Shown here in pieces: positions 15,963-25,053 of a stretch of 37,228 nt of DNA (positions within the stretch are counted from its first letter, which is position 1; the number at the start of each line of letters is the position of its first letter). The stretch lies in the IMG/VR virus record IMGVR_UViG_3300044806_000242, positions 1 to 37,228 of that record; one strand, written 5' to 3'. Source of the DNA: a virus. Its lineage: Duplodnaviria; Caudoviricetes. Under the pieces are notes generated by a model. It had not been told where the DNA came from, did no database searches, and was given only the letters and a program-made list of their open reading frames with translations. The translations under genes and the position numbers were made by a program.

Positions 15963-16618
15963 CCATCTACATCCTCGATAAACGTTTCACCTGCCAGGTC
16001 GAGCGCTCGGATCGGGTCTTAGAGATCGCCGAAGCCTTTGGTTTGGGACTGAACGATAAAGAGTTCGTGATTTTCGACAAGCAACCCATCGAGGTCGAGC
16101 AAGGTGATGTCGTCTATATCACGGGTCAATCAGGCTCGGGTAAGTCGCTGGCTTTGCGTGAGCTGAAGGCTCAAATGGCTGAAAAAGGTATACACATTTC
16201 GGACATCGATGAAGTCGAGATGAGGGACTGTCCACTCATCGACCAGATCGGTAAAGACACTGCCGAAGGCTTAAGCCTTTTGTCGATTGCTGGGCTCAAC
16301 GACGCATATCTATTCGTTCGCAAACCATACGAGCTATCTGACGGTCAAAGGTATCGCTTCAAGCTCGCCAAAATCATCGAGTCAGGTGCGAAGGTCTGGG
16401 TTGCTGATGAGTTCTTAGCGGTGCTGGATCGAACCACTGCAAAGGTGATCGCTTTCAACTTGCAAAAGATTGCTCGCAAGATGGGTGTGACCTTGATGGT
16501 GGCGACCACGCACACGGACATGGTAGCCGACCTCGCGCCCAATCTCTACATCGAGAAACGATACAGAGAAAAGATCGAGATCGTTCGCACACCTAACGAA
16601 GGCTACAGGGAGGCTTAA
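15959..16618 (+). CDS. Soluble ABC-type ATPase
   Basis: GQSGSGKS, signature LSDGQ, Walker B WVADEF, H-loop ATTH. Confidence 0.92.
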   Translation: MTIYILDKRFTCQVERSDRVLEIAEAFGLGLNDKEFVIFDKQPIEVEQGDVVYITGQSGSGKSLALRELKAQMAEKGIHISDIDEVEMRDCPLIDQIGKDTAEGLSLLSIAGLNDAYLFVRKPYELSDGQRYRFKLAKIIESGAKVWVADEFLAVLDRTTAKVIAFNLQKIARKMGVTLMVATTHTDMVADLAPNLYIEKRYREKIEIVRTPNEGYREA

Positions 16619-16917
16619 TGACGCCATTCGAATATGACCTAGCCGACGTATTCACGATGTTCGTGGGTAGCTTCGTTATCGTTTTCTTACTGGGGCTTCA
16701 GTCTCGCAATGTAAACATGGGGCGCTATGTCGCCGCCGTTATTACATCTGCTGGAATCAGCATCTCTCAATTCATCTTCGTCAGGTATGCCGCCAGTGGC
16801 AACATCTGGGCGTTAGTGATAGCAGTTCTTGGAGGATGTTCCGGCATTGCTTCAAGCATTTGGTTTTGGAAAAACATCATGGAAAGGAAATACAATGGCA
16901 ACAAAAAACACACCTAA
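16618..16917 (+). CDS. Small membrane protein (about 3 TM)
   Basis: Three hydrophobic segments; GGAGG RBS. Confidence 0.75.
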   Translation: MTPFEYDLADVFTMFVGSFVIVFLLGLQSRNVNMGRYVAAVITSAGISISQFIFVRYAASGNIWALVIAVLGGCSGIASSIWFWKNIMERKYNGNKKHT

Positions 16918-17068
16918 AGAAGTTGGCAAGAAGCTCGCCGACAAGAGCGGATCAAAGACTACTACTGAGATCATCAAGAAAATCGGTCAGCCTGGGCTTG
17001 ATATTGCAAAGACTAAGACTCCGTTACGCGAGTCGGGCACAACTTTGCCGCCGTTAAAGAAGAAATAA
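16895..17068 (+). CDS. Small basic protein
   Basis: AAGGA RBS; MATKNTPKE...; fills the gap in the operon. Confidence 0.55.
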   Translation: MATKNTPKEVGKKLADKSGSKTTTEIIKKIGQPGLDIAKTKTPLRESGTTLPPLKKK

Positions 17069-17072
17069 GACT

Positions 17073-18026
17073 ATGGCAACAGTCTGCGACAACGTCGACA
17101 TTCTGATCGAACGCCGCCAGGTTCCCAAAGATCACGCCCTGTCATTGCTGGGTGAAATCTACGTGGAGCGTGGCGACATCAACGATTGGAACTTGCTTCA
17201 CGAGCTTCATTACAAGGCTGAGAACTTGGGCATTGGGCCGAAGATTTTCCGCTGTGTTCTGCGTGGGCAAACCATCGGTGTCGGTGTCATGACTGTGCCA
17301 AAGATGTTGCTGTCTGGCAGAAACGAAGTGTTCTCGCATCTGAAGCCAAACACGGGAGGTATGGATACACGCCTTATCAACCGTCACCGCGCTTTCTGGA
17401 TCAACGCTCACGCCTGCACGAATAGCCGCCTGGTGCTGGATACCATGTATCGAGGAGCCGGCATCGCCTACAAGATGCAGAACCTCATGATGAGGATGAC
17501 CTCGTGCTCGGTGATCGAGTTCCAGTCATCCATGTCTAAGTTCAATCCGTTCGCAGCCAAGGCTGGGATCAGGTTTACAAAGCCCAAGCGGTCAGCAAAC
17601 TACACCAAAGGCATGGAGTTCTTCCGCCGCTGGTTCGAATGCAACCCATCCGACTTTGTGGGTGTGATGAGTGAGATCGCCGCGATGAAGCCGGCCGTGC
17701 GTGAGAAGTGTGTGGCTGAGATGCGGAAGTTCTACTACGCATGCTCGGCACTGGAGAAAACAGGAAACGCCCGCTTCAAGGGTGTGGAACGTTCGGAGAC
17801 GATGGACGTGGGCTATCTGCTGAAGTCGCTCCAACAACTTACATTAGCCAGCCCGCTCTATGGGGTTTATCTGAATCCAGATGCAACGGGCAAGAACGAG
17901 AAATCGAAGTTACCCGCAAGGCTGCCGATTTTGGCATTTGATTACCAACCTATCGACGAGCCGCTCGACATATCCAAGCTGCCTGACGAATACAAGATGA
18001 GCGTGAATGATGCACCTAACGACTAA
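17073..18026 (+). CDS. GNAT/Mom-like acyltransferase partner of the ABC ATPase
   Basis: LHELHY, SRLVLDTMYRGAGIA (GNAT motif A), SMSKFNPFAAKAG. Confidence 0.75.
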   Translation: MATVCDNVDILIERRQVPKDHALSLLGEIYVERGDINDWNLLHELHYKAENLGIGPKIFRCVLRGQTIGVGVMTVPKMLLSGRNEVFSHLKPNTGGMDTRLINRHRAFWINAHACTNSRLVLDTMYRGAGIAYKMQNLMMRMTSCSVIEFQSSMSKFNPFAAKAGIRFTKPKRSANYTKGMEFFRRWFECNPSDFVGVMSEIAAMKPAVREKCVAEMRKFYYACSALEKTGNARFKGVERSETMDVGYLLKSLQQLTLASPLYGVYLNPDATGKNEKSKLPARLPILAFDYQPIDEPLDISKLPDEYKMSVNDAPND

Positions 18027-18336
18027 ACAACTCGAACTTCTAAAAGTCATTGGCGACGCTAACGAAGATGGCTCCCCAACCGACCTCGACCAGTTACTCG
18101 AGAGGCTGACTTACAAGCCTTCGAAACAGTCGATTCAGTTCTCAATCCGCGCACTGGTGAATCATGGCTTGATTAAAAAAGGCGATTCCGAGAAGCGTCG
18201 GAGCCGCGTGAGAGCCATCATTGAACTCACCGAGATGGGTCGTTCCGTAACAGGTAAGAAGAAAACGTCTTACTTAGAGCCGGAATCCGAAGAAATCATG
18301 GATGAACTCACCGAGATTTTCGAAGATTTAACCTGA
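18007..18336 (+). CDS. Winged-helix DNA-binding protein
   Basis: LTTKQLELL...SIRALVNHGLI...LTEMG, MarR-like pattern. Confidence 0.75.
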   Translation: MMHLTTKQLELLKVIGDANEDGSPTDLDQLLERLTYKPSKQSIQFSIRALVNHGLIKKGDSEKRRSRVRAIIELTEMGRSVTGKKKTSYLEPESEEIMDELTEIFEDLT

Positions 18337-18391
18337 TTGGGAGTTTTGGGAAAGTCTCGGGGATTTTTCTCTCAACGTATATTAAATATAT

Positions 18392-18658
18392 ATGAAAACT
18401 ACTAATAACTTAAATACTGTATATGCGGAAGCGAGTTCTGGGGATTCGGGAGAAACCTATGCGGAAATCTCAGTCGACGAGTTGGCAATCGACCTCGGCA
18501 AAAAGCTAGGCAAGCGAGTTGAGATTCAAGACGGCTTGGTAAAGGTATGGGAAAACGATTGCATTCCCGATGAGACAAATTGGAAATCATTGAGCGATGA
18601 AGAACTATTGCGATTAGTCGGATTAGTGAATGTGGAGGAGTTAGAAACAAATGAGTAG
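18392..18658 (+). CDS. Hypothetical protein
   Basis: 88 aa acidic ORF in operon orientation. Confidence 0.45.
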   Translation: MKTTNNLNTVYAEASSGDSGETYAEISVDELAIDLGKKLGKRVEIQDGLVKVWENDCIPDETNWKSLSDEELLRLVGLVNVEELETNE

Positions 18659-18707
18659 ACTTTTAGGCGTATTTCTGTTAGATTCCGACGCTACAGTCTT
18701 CTCCTAT

Positions 18708-18736
18708 GGGCGTCTTCTCCAGCGCCCTTTTTTTTT
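18708..18736 (+). terminator. Terminator in the terminase leader
   Basis: GGGCG...CGCCC followed by T9, just after promoter TAGACT-17 nt-TAGATT (18656-18684). Confidence 0.7.
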
Positions 18737-18757
18737 GACAAGCAAGGTTGAACAAAA

Positions 18758-19387
18758 TTGACTGATAAGAAAAAACCAGTCGCAACGAAAGCGAAATCGA
18801 AGCGAATGACCCCACGTCAATGGGCTGAAGCTGAAGCGCTATGGGAAAGTGGCGAGATCACTCTGCCTCAGCTCATGAAGCGGTTTGGTAAAACCTCGAA
18901 AACATTCACCGATCACTTTGAAAAGCGTGGCATCAAGAAAGGTGCTGGCGCCAAAGAGCACGCCGAGAAAGTCAAAGAGGAAGTTACCAAGGCATCAGTC
19001 GAGGACGCAACCATCATCGCCGCTCGAATCAAAGAGACCAAGGAAGAGCACTACAAGATGGCGAGTGGTCTGGCCAAGCTCACCTGGACGGAGATTCTCA
19101 AAGCCAAACAAGACGGTGTACCAGTCGGTGTCGCACTGACCAACCTCAAAGCCTTAGATACCGCCATGACGGTGCTCAAGAAGGCTCGAGAAGAGCGTTA
19201 CGCTGTTCTCGGTCTGGATCGTACCGATTCAGTGGATGAAAACGAAGTTCCAGAGTTAGTCATTAGTGAGCTAACTGCGGAGCAGATTGAGTCACTTCAG
19301 GCTCGCAGTTTCAACGAGATCGACGAGCTGGACGACATGCAAGTCGTTGACGCAACCGTTGAAGACGATGTGGTGGTGGAGGGCTAG
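18758..19387 (+). CDS. terS: Terminase small subunit (putative)
   Basis: N-terminal HTH, coiled coil, position directly before the large subunit. Confidence 0.75.
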   Translation: MTDKKKPVATKAKSKRMTPRQWAEAEALWESGEITLPQLMKRFGKTSKTFTDHFEKRGIKKGAGAKEHAEKVKEEVTKASVEDATIIAARIKETKEEHYKMASGLAKLTWTEILKAKQDGVPVGVALTNLKALDTAMTVLKKAREERYAVLGLDRTDSVDENEVPELVISELTAEQIESLQARSFNEIDELDDMQVVDATVEDDVVVEG

Positions 19388-20631
19388 TGGCGCTTAAAGC
19401 CCACATCAGTCTCCACGCCAAGCAGATGGAGGTCTACCGATCATCAGCCCGTTATCGGGTGGTGGTTGCCGGCCGACGCTGGGGTAAAACCGCCTTATCT
19501 CGCGTTTTAATGATTAAGAACGCCCAGAAAGCCAAGCAGAAGATTTGGTATATCGCGCCGACATACCGCATGGCGAAACAGATTATGTGGGTCGACTTGA
19601 TGGATGCAATCCCGAGAAAGTGGATTCGCAAGATCAACGAGACGAGCATGGTGATTACGCTCATCAACGGCTCTCGCATCGAGCTGAAGGGCGCCGACAA
19701 GCCAGACTCACTTCGCGGTGTCGGTATCCACTTTCTTGTTCTGGACGAGTTTCAGGACATGACCGAAGAAACCTGGACGCTAGTTTTGCGCCCAACCCTG
19801 GCAGACACCCAAGGTAGCGCCTTATTCATTGGCACACCAAAGGCATACAACTACCTATACGAGCTGTACAAGAAGGGTCAGATCGCCCGCAAGATGGGTC
19901 GCAACGAGTGGGAGTCATGGCAGTTCCCGACGATCACGTCACCATTCATTCCCGCCAGCGAGATCGAAGCCGCCAAGCAAGACATGGACGAAAAGTCGTT
20001 CCGTCAGGAGTTCGAAGCCAGCTTTGAAACCATGTCTGGACGGGTCTACTACCCATTTGACCGTACACAGCACGTTGGCAAGCTCGCTTTCAATCCCAAG
20101 TTACCTATCTGGGTCGGTATGGACTTCAACATCGACCCAATGTCGACAGTGGTCTACCAGCCTCAAGAAAATGGCGAGCTGTGGGCAATCGACGAGATCG
20201 TGCTGTTCGGCTCCAATACCGAAGAAGTGTGTGAAGAGCTGGAGAAGCGGTTTTGGCGCAATCAGAAACAAATCGTCATGTACCCCGACCCCGCAGGCGG
20301 TCAAAGACAGCACGCTCGAGGCGAGACCGATATGGACATTCTTCGTGAGAAGGGGTTCGAACGCATCAAATACCGTCGAAAACACCCGCTGGTCGCTGAT
20401 CGCGTGAACGCTGTCAACCGCATGCTTAAAGACGCAAATGGCAAGGTCAGGCTACGTATTGACGAGAAATGTAAGCATTTTATCAATGCTTTAGAACAAA
20501 CTATTTACAAAAAAGGTACAAGAGAAGTAGATAAGACCGCAGGCGTCGAACACTCAGCAGACGCGGGCGGATATTGCATCGAATTGGAATTCCCAGTTCG
20601 TAAAATTGAAATTGGTGGCTTGTCAAGATAA
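19387..20631 (+). CDS. terL: Terminase large subunit
   Basis: Walker A AGRRWGKT, Walker B LVLDE, GTPK, nuclease GMDFN and HSADA. Confidence 0.97.
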   Translation: MALKAHISLHAKQMEVYRSSARYRVVVAGRRWGKTALSRVLMIKNAQKAKQKIWYIAPTYRMAKQIMWVDLMDAIPRKWIRKINETSMVITLINGSRIELKGADKPDSLRGVGIHFLVLDEFQDMTEETWTLVLRPTLADTQGSALFIGTPKAYNYLYELYKKGQIARKMGRNEWESWQFPTITSPFIPASEIEAAKQDMDEKSFRQEFEASFETMSGRVYYPFDRTQHVGKLAFNPKLPIWVGMDFNIDPMSTVVYQPQENGELWAIDEIVLFGSNTEEVCEELEKRFWRNQKQIVMYPDPAGGQRQHARGETDMDILREKGFERIKYRRKHPLVADRVNAVNRMLKDANGKVRLRIDEKCKHFINALEQTIYKKGTREVDKTAGVEHSADAGGYCIELEFPVRKIEIGGLSR

Positions 20632-20635
20632 TCGC

Positions 20636-20664
20636 TTGACTAAGTCACTACTGACGTATAAGAT
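20636..20664 (+). promoter_or_regulatory. Portal promoter with an operator in the spacer
   Basis: TTGACT-17 nt-TAAGAT; AAGTCACTACTGACGT at 20642-20657. Confidence 0.75.
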
Positions 20665-20673
20665 AGGAGCCCT

Positions 20674-22290
20674 ATGTCGAACTTCCAAATTAAACCAGGC
20701 GAATCATTCTCCGTTGACCCGGCAAGTCCGATGGCCGGCTCTTCTGTCATGCCTACGACAGACGATCAAAAGCGCCTTCGCGCACTGATTGACCGTCGCC
20801 ATCCCGAATATGCTGAAAACGTTGAGCATTGGGACTTCTTGGAAGATACCTACGAAGGTGGGCGCGAGTGGTTCGATGAGAACACATTCCGCTACATCAA
20901 AGAGGGCGATCAGGAATATGCGGATCGACTCGCACGAGCTTATCGTTTCAACCATTCACGCGAAGTCGTGGATCTGTTGAACAAATACTTATTCAAGCAA
21001 AATATTCAACGCAACACCGATGACGCTCCAGATGCCGTCAAGCGGTTTTGGGACAAATCGACTCGCAACGGCCTTGGCATCAAGGATTTCGTTCGTCAGG
21101 TGTCCAAGAAAGCATCCATCTACGGTCGTATCGGCATCGTGGTCGACACAAGCTCTCGAGGTGGCCCAGTCATCTCAAAGGCTGATGAGCGCAATGCTGG
21201 CTTCAGAACCTACGCCTACATCGTTACGCCAGAGCAATTGCTCGACTACGCCTTCGACGACGAGGGTGAGCTGATCTGGGTATTGGTGGAAGAGTGCGTT
21301 CGTGATGACGCAGATCCATTGACCTCGAGCGGCGAAGAGCAAGAGCGCTTCCGTCTGTGGACAAAAGACGGTTGGCAGCTCTACCAGGAGTTCAAAGAAG
21401 GCCGTCGCAAGGTGGTTAAGCTGATCGACTCAGGAATTCACGACCTCGGTGTAGTGCCAGTCATCCTTGCCGACAACATCATTACGGACGAAGATTACTG
21501 TGCTCCTTCACTCATTGGTGACATAGCGTACCTCGACCGAGCAGTAGCAAACTACCTCTCCAACCTGGATGCAATCATTCAGGATCAGACGTTCTCACAG
21601 TTGGCTATGCCAGCTCAGAACATTCTGCCAGGCGAGGACAATTACACGAAGTTAACGGAGATGGGCACTAAGCGCATCTTCTTGTACGACGGCGAGTCAA
21701 ACACTCAGCCGTTTTACTTATCACCCGACGTTAAACAGGTAGAGATCATCTTGGCGGTCGTTAACAAGATCATCGGTGAAATCTACCACACTGTCGGATT
21801 AGCTGGCGAGCGTACTAAGCAGGACAACGCTGTCGGCATCGATAACTCAAGCGGTGTAGCTAAGGCTTACGACTTTGAGCGAGTGAATGCTCTGTTGGCG
21901 GCTAAAGCAGACAGCCTTGAAGTTATCGAAAACAAACTTGTTCGTCTTGTAGCCTTGTGGAACAGCGAAGAGTCAAAAGTAGAAACAAACCTTGTTTCCT
22001 ACCCAGACGACTTCGATACACGCGGCTTGTACGACGAATTTGACATCGCGGCCCGCCTCATGCTGATTGATGCACCAGAGACAGTGCGTCAGGAACAGAT
22101 GAAGTCGGTACTCGATAAACTCTTCCCTCAGATTGGTTCAGCTAAACGAGCCGAGATGGAGAAAGAGCTGAAAGACTGGCCAGGTACGCCTGAGCAGTCA
22201 GTAACGGGCGATCCATTAGCAAAGAAACCCGCAACTGGCAGCGCTGAGAGCAAGCAAGGTCAAAACAACAAAGACGCCACAACAGCTTAA
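20674..22290 (+). CDS. Portal protein
   Basis: 538 aa after terL; HPEY...W...YEGG, Y..RL.RA, SGVAKAYDF (SPP1-type portal patterns). Confidence 0.9.
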   Translation: MSNFQIKPGESFSVDPASPMAGSSVMPTTDDQKRLRALIDRRHPEYAENVEHWDFLEDTYEGGREWFDENTFRYIKEGDQEYADRLARAYRFNHSREVVDLLNKYLFKQNIQRNTDDAPDAVKRFWDKSTRNGLGIKDFVRQVSKKASIYGRIGIVVDTSSRGGPVISKADERNAGFRTYAYIVTPEQLLDYAFDDEGELIWVLVEECVRDDADPLTSSGEEQERFRLWTKDGWQLYQEFKEGRRKVVKLIDSGIHDLGVVPVILADNIITDEDYCAPSLIGDIAYLDRAVANYLSNLDAIIQDQTFSQLAMPAQNILPGEDNYTKLTEMGTKRIFLYDGESNTQPFYLSPDVKQVEIILAVVNKIIGEIYHTVGLAGERTKQDNAVGIDNSSGVAKAYDFERVNALLAAKADSLEVIENKLVRLVALWNSEESKVETNLVSYPDDFDTRGLYDEFDIAARLMLIDAPETVRQEQMKSVLDKLFPQIGSAKRAEMEKELKDWPGTPEQSVTGDPLAKKPATGSAESKQGQNNKDATTA

Positions 22291-22391
22291 GGCAGATTTG
22301 TTGTTGTAACAAAGTAGTAACCGATTGGCAAAGAGAATTGCCGACGGCTTTTTAAACTTAAGGCCAAGAGACTGGCTCGAAAGGAAACAAT

Positions 22392-23288
22392 ATGTTAATC
22401 AAACGACAATTCGCAATGCGCGGCTATCATGAACAACAAAACGGTGATGGTGGTGACGGCGGTGGTTCAGGCAGTGGAGATGACGAGGCTGCAAAAGCGG
22501 CAGCGGCAAAAGCAGTAGCAGACGCAGAGGCGGCAGCCAAGAAAGCGGCAGATGACGCTGAAGCGGCCAAGAAAGCGGCAGGCGACGGTGGTGGCGGTGC
22601 GCCCAAAAAGATGACGGACGAAGAAGCACGTCTTCTAAAAGAGAACATGAAGAAGAAGGAAGCATTGGACAAAGCCAGTGCAGAGTTGATTAAAGCGAAG
22701 GAAGCACTCAAGGCATTCGAGGGTGTAGACGCTGAAGAAGTCAGACGCCTTCTTTCAGAGAAGAAAACAGCCGAAGAGAAACAGCTCGAAGCCAAAGGTG
22801 AGTGGGATCGCTTAAAGACCCGCATGGCCGAAGAACACGGCAAAGAAGTCAAGTCGCTTCAAGAGCAGTTAGAAGCTCTTCAGGGTCAACTGGGTCAAAC
22901 CAAAGGCCAGATGAATGAGCTGACGATCGGAAGCCAATTCTCTCAATCCAAGTTCATTTCAGAAGAGCTGACTTTGACGCCGGCCAAGGCTCGCGTCATC
23001 TATGGCGATCACTTCGACTACGAAGACGGCAAAGTTGTGGGCTACGACAAGCCTCGCGGCAGTGCCAACCGTACCGCAATGATTGACCAGTACGGAAATA
23101 ACATTGCATTCGAGGATGCACTTCGCAAGATTGTTGACGCTGACCCTGAGAAGGATCATCTGCTCAAGAGCAAGGTAAAGCCTGGCGCTGGATCAGCATC
23201 TACAAAGCCAACTGGTACATCAAAACCAGAAGGCCCTGCTGATGGATTGTCCAAGATTGCAGGTGGATTAAAGGGTTTGAAGTTCTAA
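22392..23288 (+). CDS. Capsid scaffolding protein
   Basis: Gly/Ala-rich N-terminus, long coiled coil, GAGS tail; directly before the capsid gene. Confidence 0.82.
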   Translation: MLIKRQFAMRGYHEQQNGDGGDGGGSGSGDDEAAKAAAAKAVADAEAAAKKAADDAEAAKKAAGDGGGGAPKKMTDEEARLLKENMKKKEALDKASAELIKAKEALKAFEGVDAEEVRRLLSEKKTAEEKQLEAKGEWDRLKTRMAEEHGKEVKSLQEQLEALQGQLGQTKGQMNELTIGSQFSQSKFISEELTLTPAKARVIYGDHFDYEDGKVVGYDKPRGSANRTAMIDQYGNNIAFEDALRKIVDADPEKDHLLKSKVKPGAGSASTKPTGTSKPEGPADGLSKIAGGLKGLKF

Positions 23289-23308
23289 CACGGTTTTATT
23301 GTTAAAAT

Positions 23309-23351
23309 AAGTCACTGATGACTTGCGTTTTATGCCATTATATGATAAAGT
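23309..23351 (+). promoter_or_regulatory. Capsid promoter with operator
   Basis: AAGTCACTGATGACTT overlaps TTGCGT-17 nt-TAAAGT. Confidence 0.65.
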
Positions 23352-23427
23352 GCGGGCTTAAATCGGTGACTTAGAGCGACGTAAGAGCCGAACTGCGTTG
23401 TTTTCAATCATTCGAAAGGATTAAAAA

Positions 23428-24339
23428 ATGGCTCTTCTTAAGACCGAAGCCGAGAAGCTAAGTAACAACCAATTAGTTTCAGGCGTAATTGACCAAATCA
23501 TCGAGCGTGATGACTTGTTTTCCGTTTTGCCTTTCGTAGGCGTTAACGGCAAGGCTTACGTTTACAACCGCGAAAACGCTTTAGGCGGTGCGGCTTTCCT
23601 CGACCCTAACGATTCAGTTAGCGAGAGCGCGGCTACATTCACTGAAGTTGTTGCCAAGCTCCGTATTTTAGCTGGTGACGTTGACGTGGATAAATTCCTC
23701 CAAACAACAATGGGCGACACAAATGACCAGATGGCCATTCAAATCGCTAAGAAAGCCAAAGCTGTTGCTCGTGCTTTCCATCAAACATTGGCTACTGGCG
23801 ACACAGGCACAAACGCTAAAGCGTTCGATGGCTTGCCAACTTTAGCCGCCGCCGCTCCTAGCACACAGAACTTGTCTGCTGGCGCAAACGGTAATGCATT
23901 GACATTGTCCATGCTCGACGAGTTATGCGACGCTGTTCCTAACGGTGCTGACGTAATCGTTATGCGTCGTGGCACAATCCGCGCTTTCCGTGGCTTGCTC
24001 CGCGCTACATACGGTACAGACGCCGTAATGCAACAGTTAGAGAACTTCGGTCGTCCAATGCTCACACATAATGGCATTCCTGTCATCATGAACGAGTTCT
24101 TGGCCGCTGACGAAGATCAAGGCACAGCACTCGATACAACTTCTGTTTACGCTTTACGCTTGAACGAGTTGGATGGCTTGCATGGCTTGTACGGTGGCGA
24201 CAATGCCGGTATCGTTGTTGAAAACATCGGTACAGTGCAGAACAAGGATGCAACACGTATCCGTTTGAAGTGGTATACAGGTTTGGCACTCAAATCTAGC
24301 CGCTCAATCGCACGCTTAAAGGGTGTTACAAACGTATAA
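23428..24339 (+). CDS. Major capsid protein
   Basis: 303 aa; LPF..V.G..Y.YNRE, GDVDVDKF, FDGL, RLKWY.GLA; highly biased codon use. Confidence 0.92.
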   Translation: MALLKTEAEKLSNNQLVSGVIDQIIERDDLFSVLPFVGVNGKAYVYNRENALGGAAFLDPNDSVSESAATFTEVVAKLRILAGDVDVDKFLQTTMGDTNDQMAIQIAKKAKAVARAFHQTLATGDTGTNAKAFDGLPTLAAAAPSTQNLSAGANGNALTLSMLDELCDAVPNGADVIVMRRGTIRAFRGLLRATYGTDAVMQQLENFGRPMLTHNGIPVIMNEFLAADEDQGTALDTTSVYALRLNELDGLHGLYGGDNAGIVVENIGTVQNKDATRIRLKWYTGLALKSSRSIARLKGVTNV

Positions 24340-24340
24340 G

Positions 24341-24397
24341 TTGCATTTAAGTCAGGACTGACTTAGAATGGGCGGGTTCACAAGACCCGCCCTTTTT
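24341..24397 (+). terminator. Capsid terminator overlapped by promoter and operator
   Basis: TTGCAT-17 nt-TAGAAT containing AAGTCAGGACTGACTT; GGGCGGGT...ACCCGCCC followed by T5. Confidence 0.85.
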
Positions 24398-24416
24398 CTA
24401 TTGAAGGAAAGCATTT

Positions 24417-24599
24417 ATGAAGATCAAGATCGTACAAGAAGGCTATGAGAGCTTTACAGGCAATCTTGGGGATATTCAGTTTGCAGGCGGATTTTCCGTA
24501 ACGAACGTAGATGCTGACACTGCCGCTGGTATTGCCGCGATCTATGAAGTGGAGTTGGTTGGTGCTGATGCGCCAGTCATTGAATCAACAGGAGAATAG
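24417..24599 (+). CDS. Small virion-associated protein, paralog of the N-terminus of the next gene
   Basis: AAGGA RBS; MKIKIVQEGYESFTGNLG..F..G.S. Confidence 0.7.
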   Translation: MKIKIVQEGYESFTGNLGDIQFAGGFSVTNVDADTAAGIAAIYEVELVGADAPVIESTGE

Positions 24600-24601
24600 A
24601 A

Positions 24602-25051
24602 ATGAAGCTACGACTTACACAATCAGGTTTTGAAAAGTACACAGGCCAAATGGGTGTGGTGATGTTCAAGGATGGGCTCAGTGAAACTGAAGTTCTACCC
24701 ATTGACGGTATCCGCATCGCCGCCGCTATCGGTGCGACCTGGGAAGACGGCTCTGCCGCCAACGTAGGCCAAATGTACTTGAACAACATGGACGCGCCGG
24801 CCTTTGTAGGCACGGGCGGTGAAGGCATCAATGCGATGTCGATGCCAATCGAGGGGGCAGAACAACAAGGAGGCGACAAGCCCTCCGCAGGAAACACACG
24901 ATACACACGCAAGCAACTCGAGGCGGTCGCTGATAAGTCAGGGATCGTGGGATTACGAGAGATTGCGGAGACATTGAAGGTAAAGGGCACTTCGATTGTC
25001 GGTTTGATTGAAACGATTTTAAAGGCCCAAGATAACCAGAAAGCGGAATAG
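24602..25051 (+). CDS. Head-associated protein with a C-terminal Rho-N/LEM-like helical domain
   Basis: GIVGLREIAETLKVKGTSIVGLIETIL; position after the capsid gene. Confidence 0.65.
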   Translation: MKLRLTQSGFEKYTGQMGVVMFKDGLSETEVLPIDGIRIAAAIGATWEDGSAANVGQMYLNNMDAPAFVGTGGEGINAMSMPIEGAEQQGGDKPSAGNTRYTRKQLEAVADKSGIVGLREIAETLKVKGTSIVGLIETILKAQDNQKAE

Positions 25052-25053
25052 TT

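Noticed and set aside
15959-16917. ABC transporter (ATPase plus small membrane protein)
   Set aside because: No canonical permease or binding protein; the ATPase type and context fit the GNAT-associated phage ATPases. A link to the 3-TM protein is not strictly excluded.
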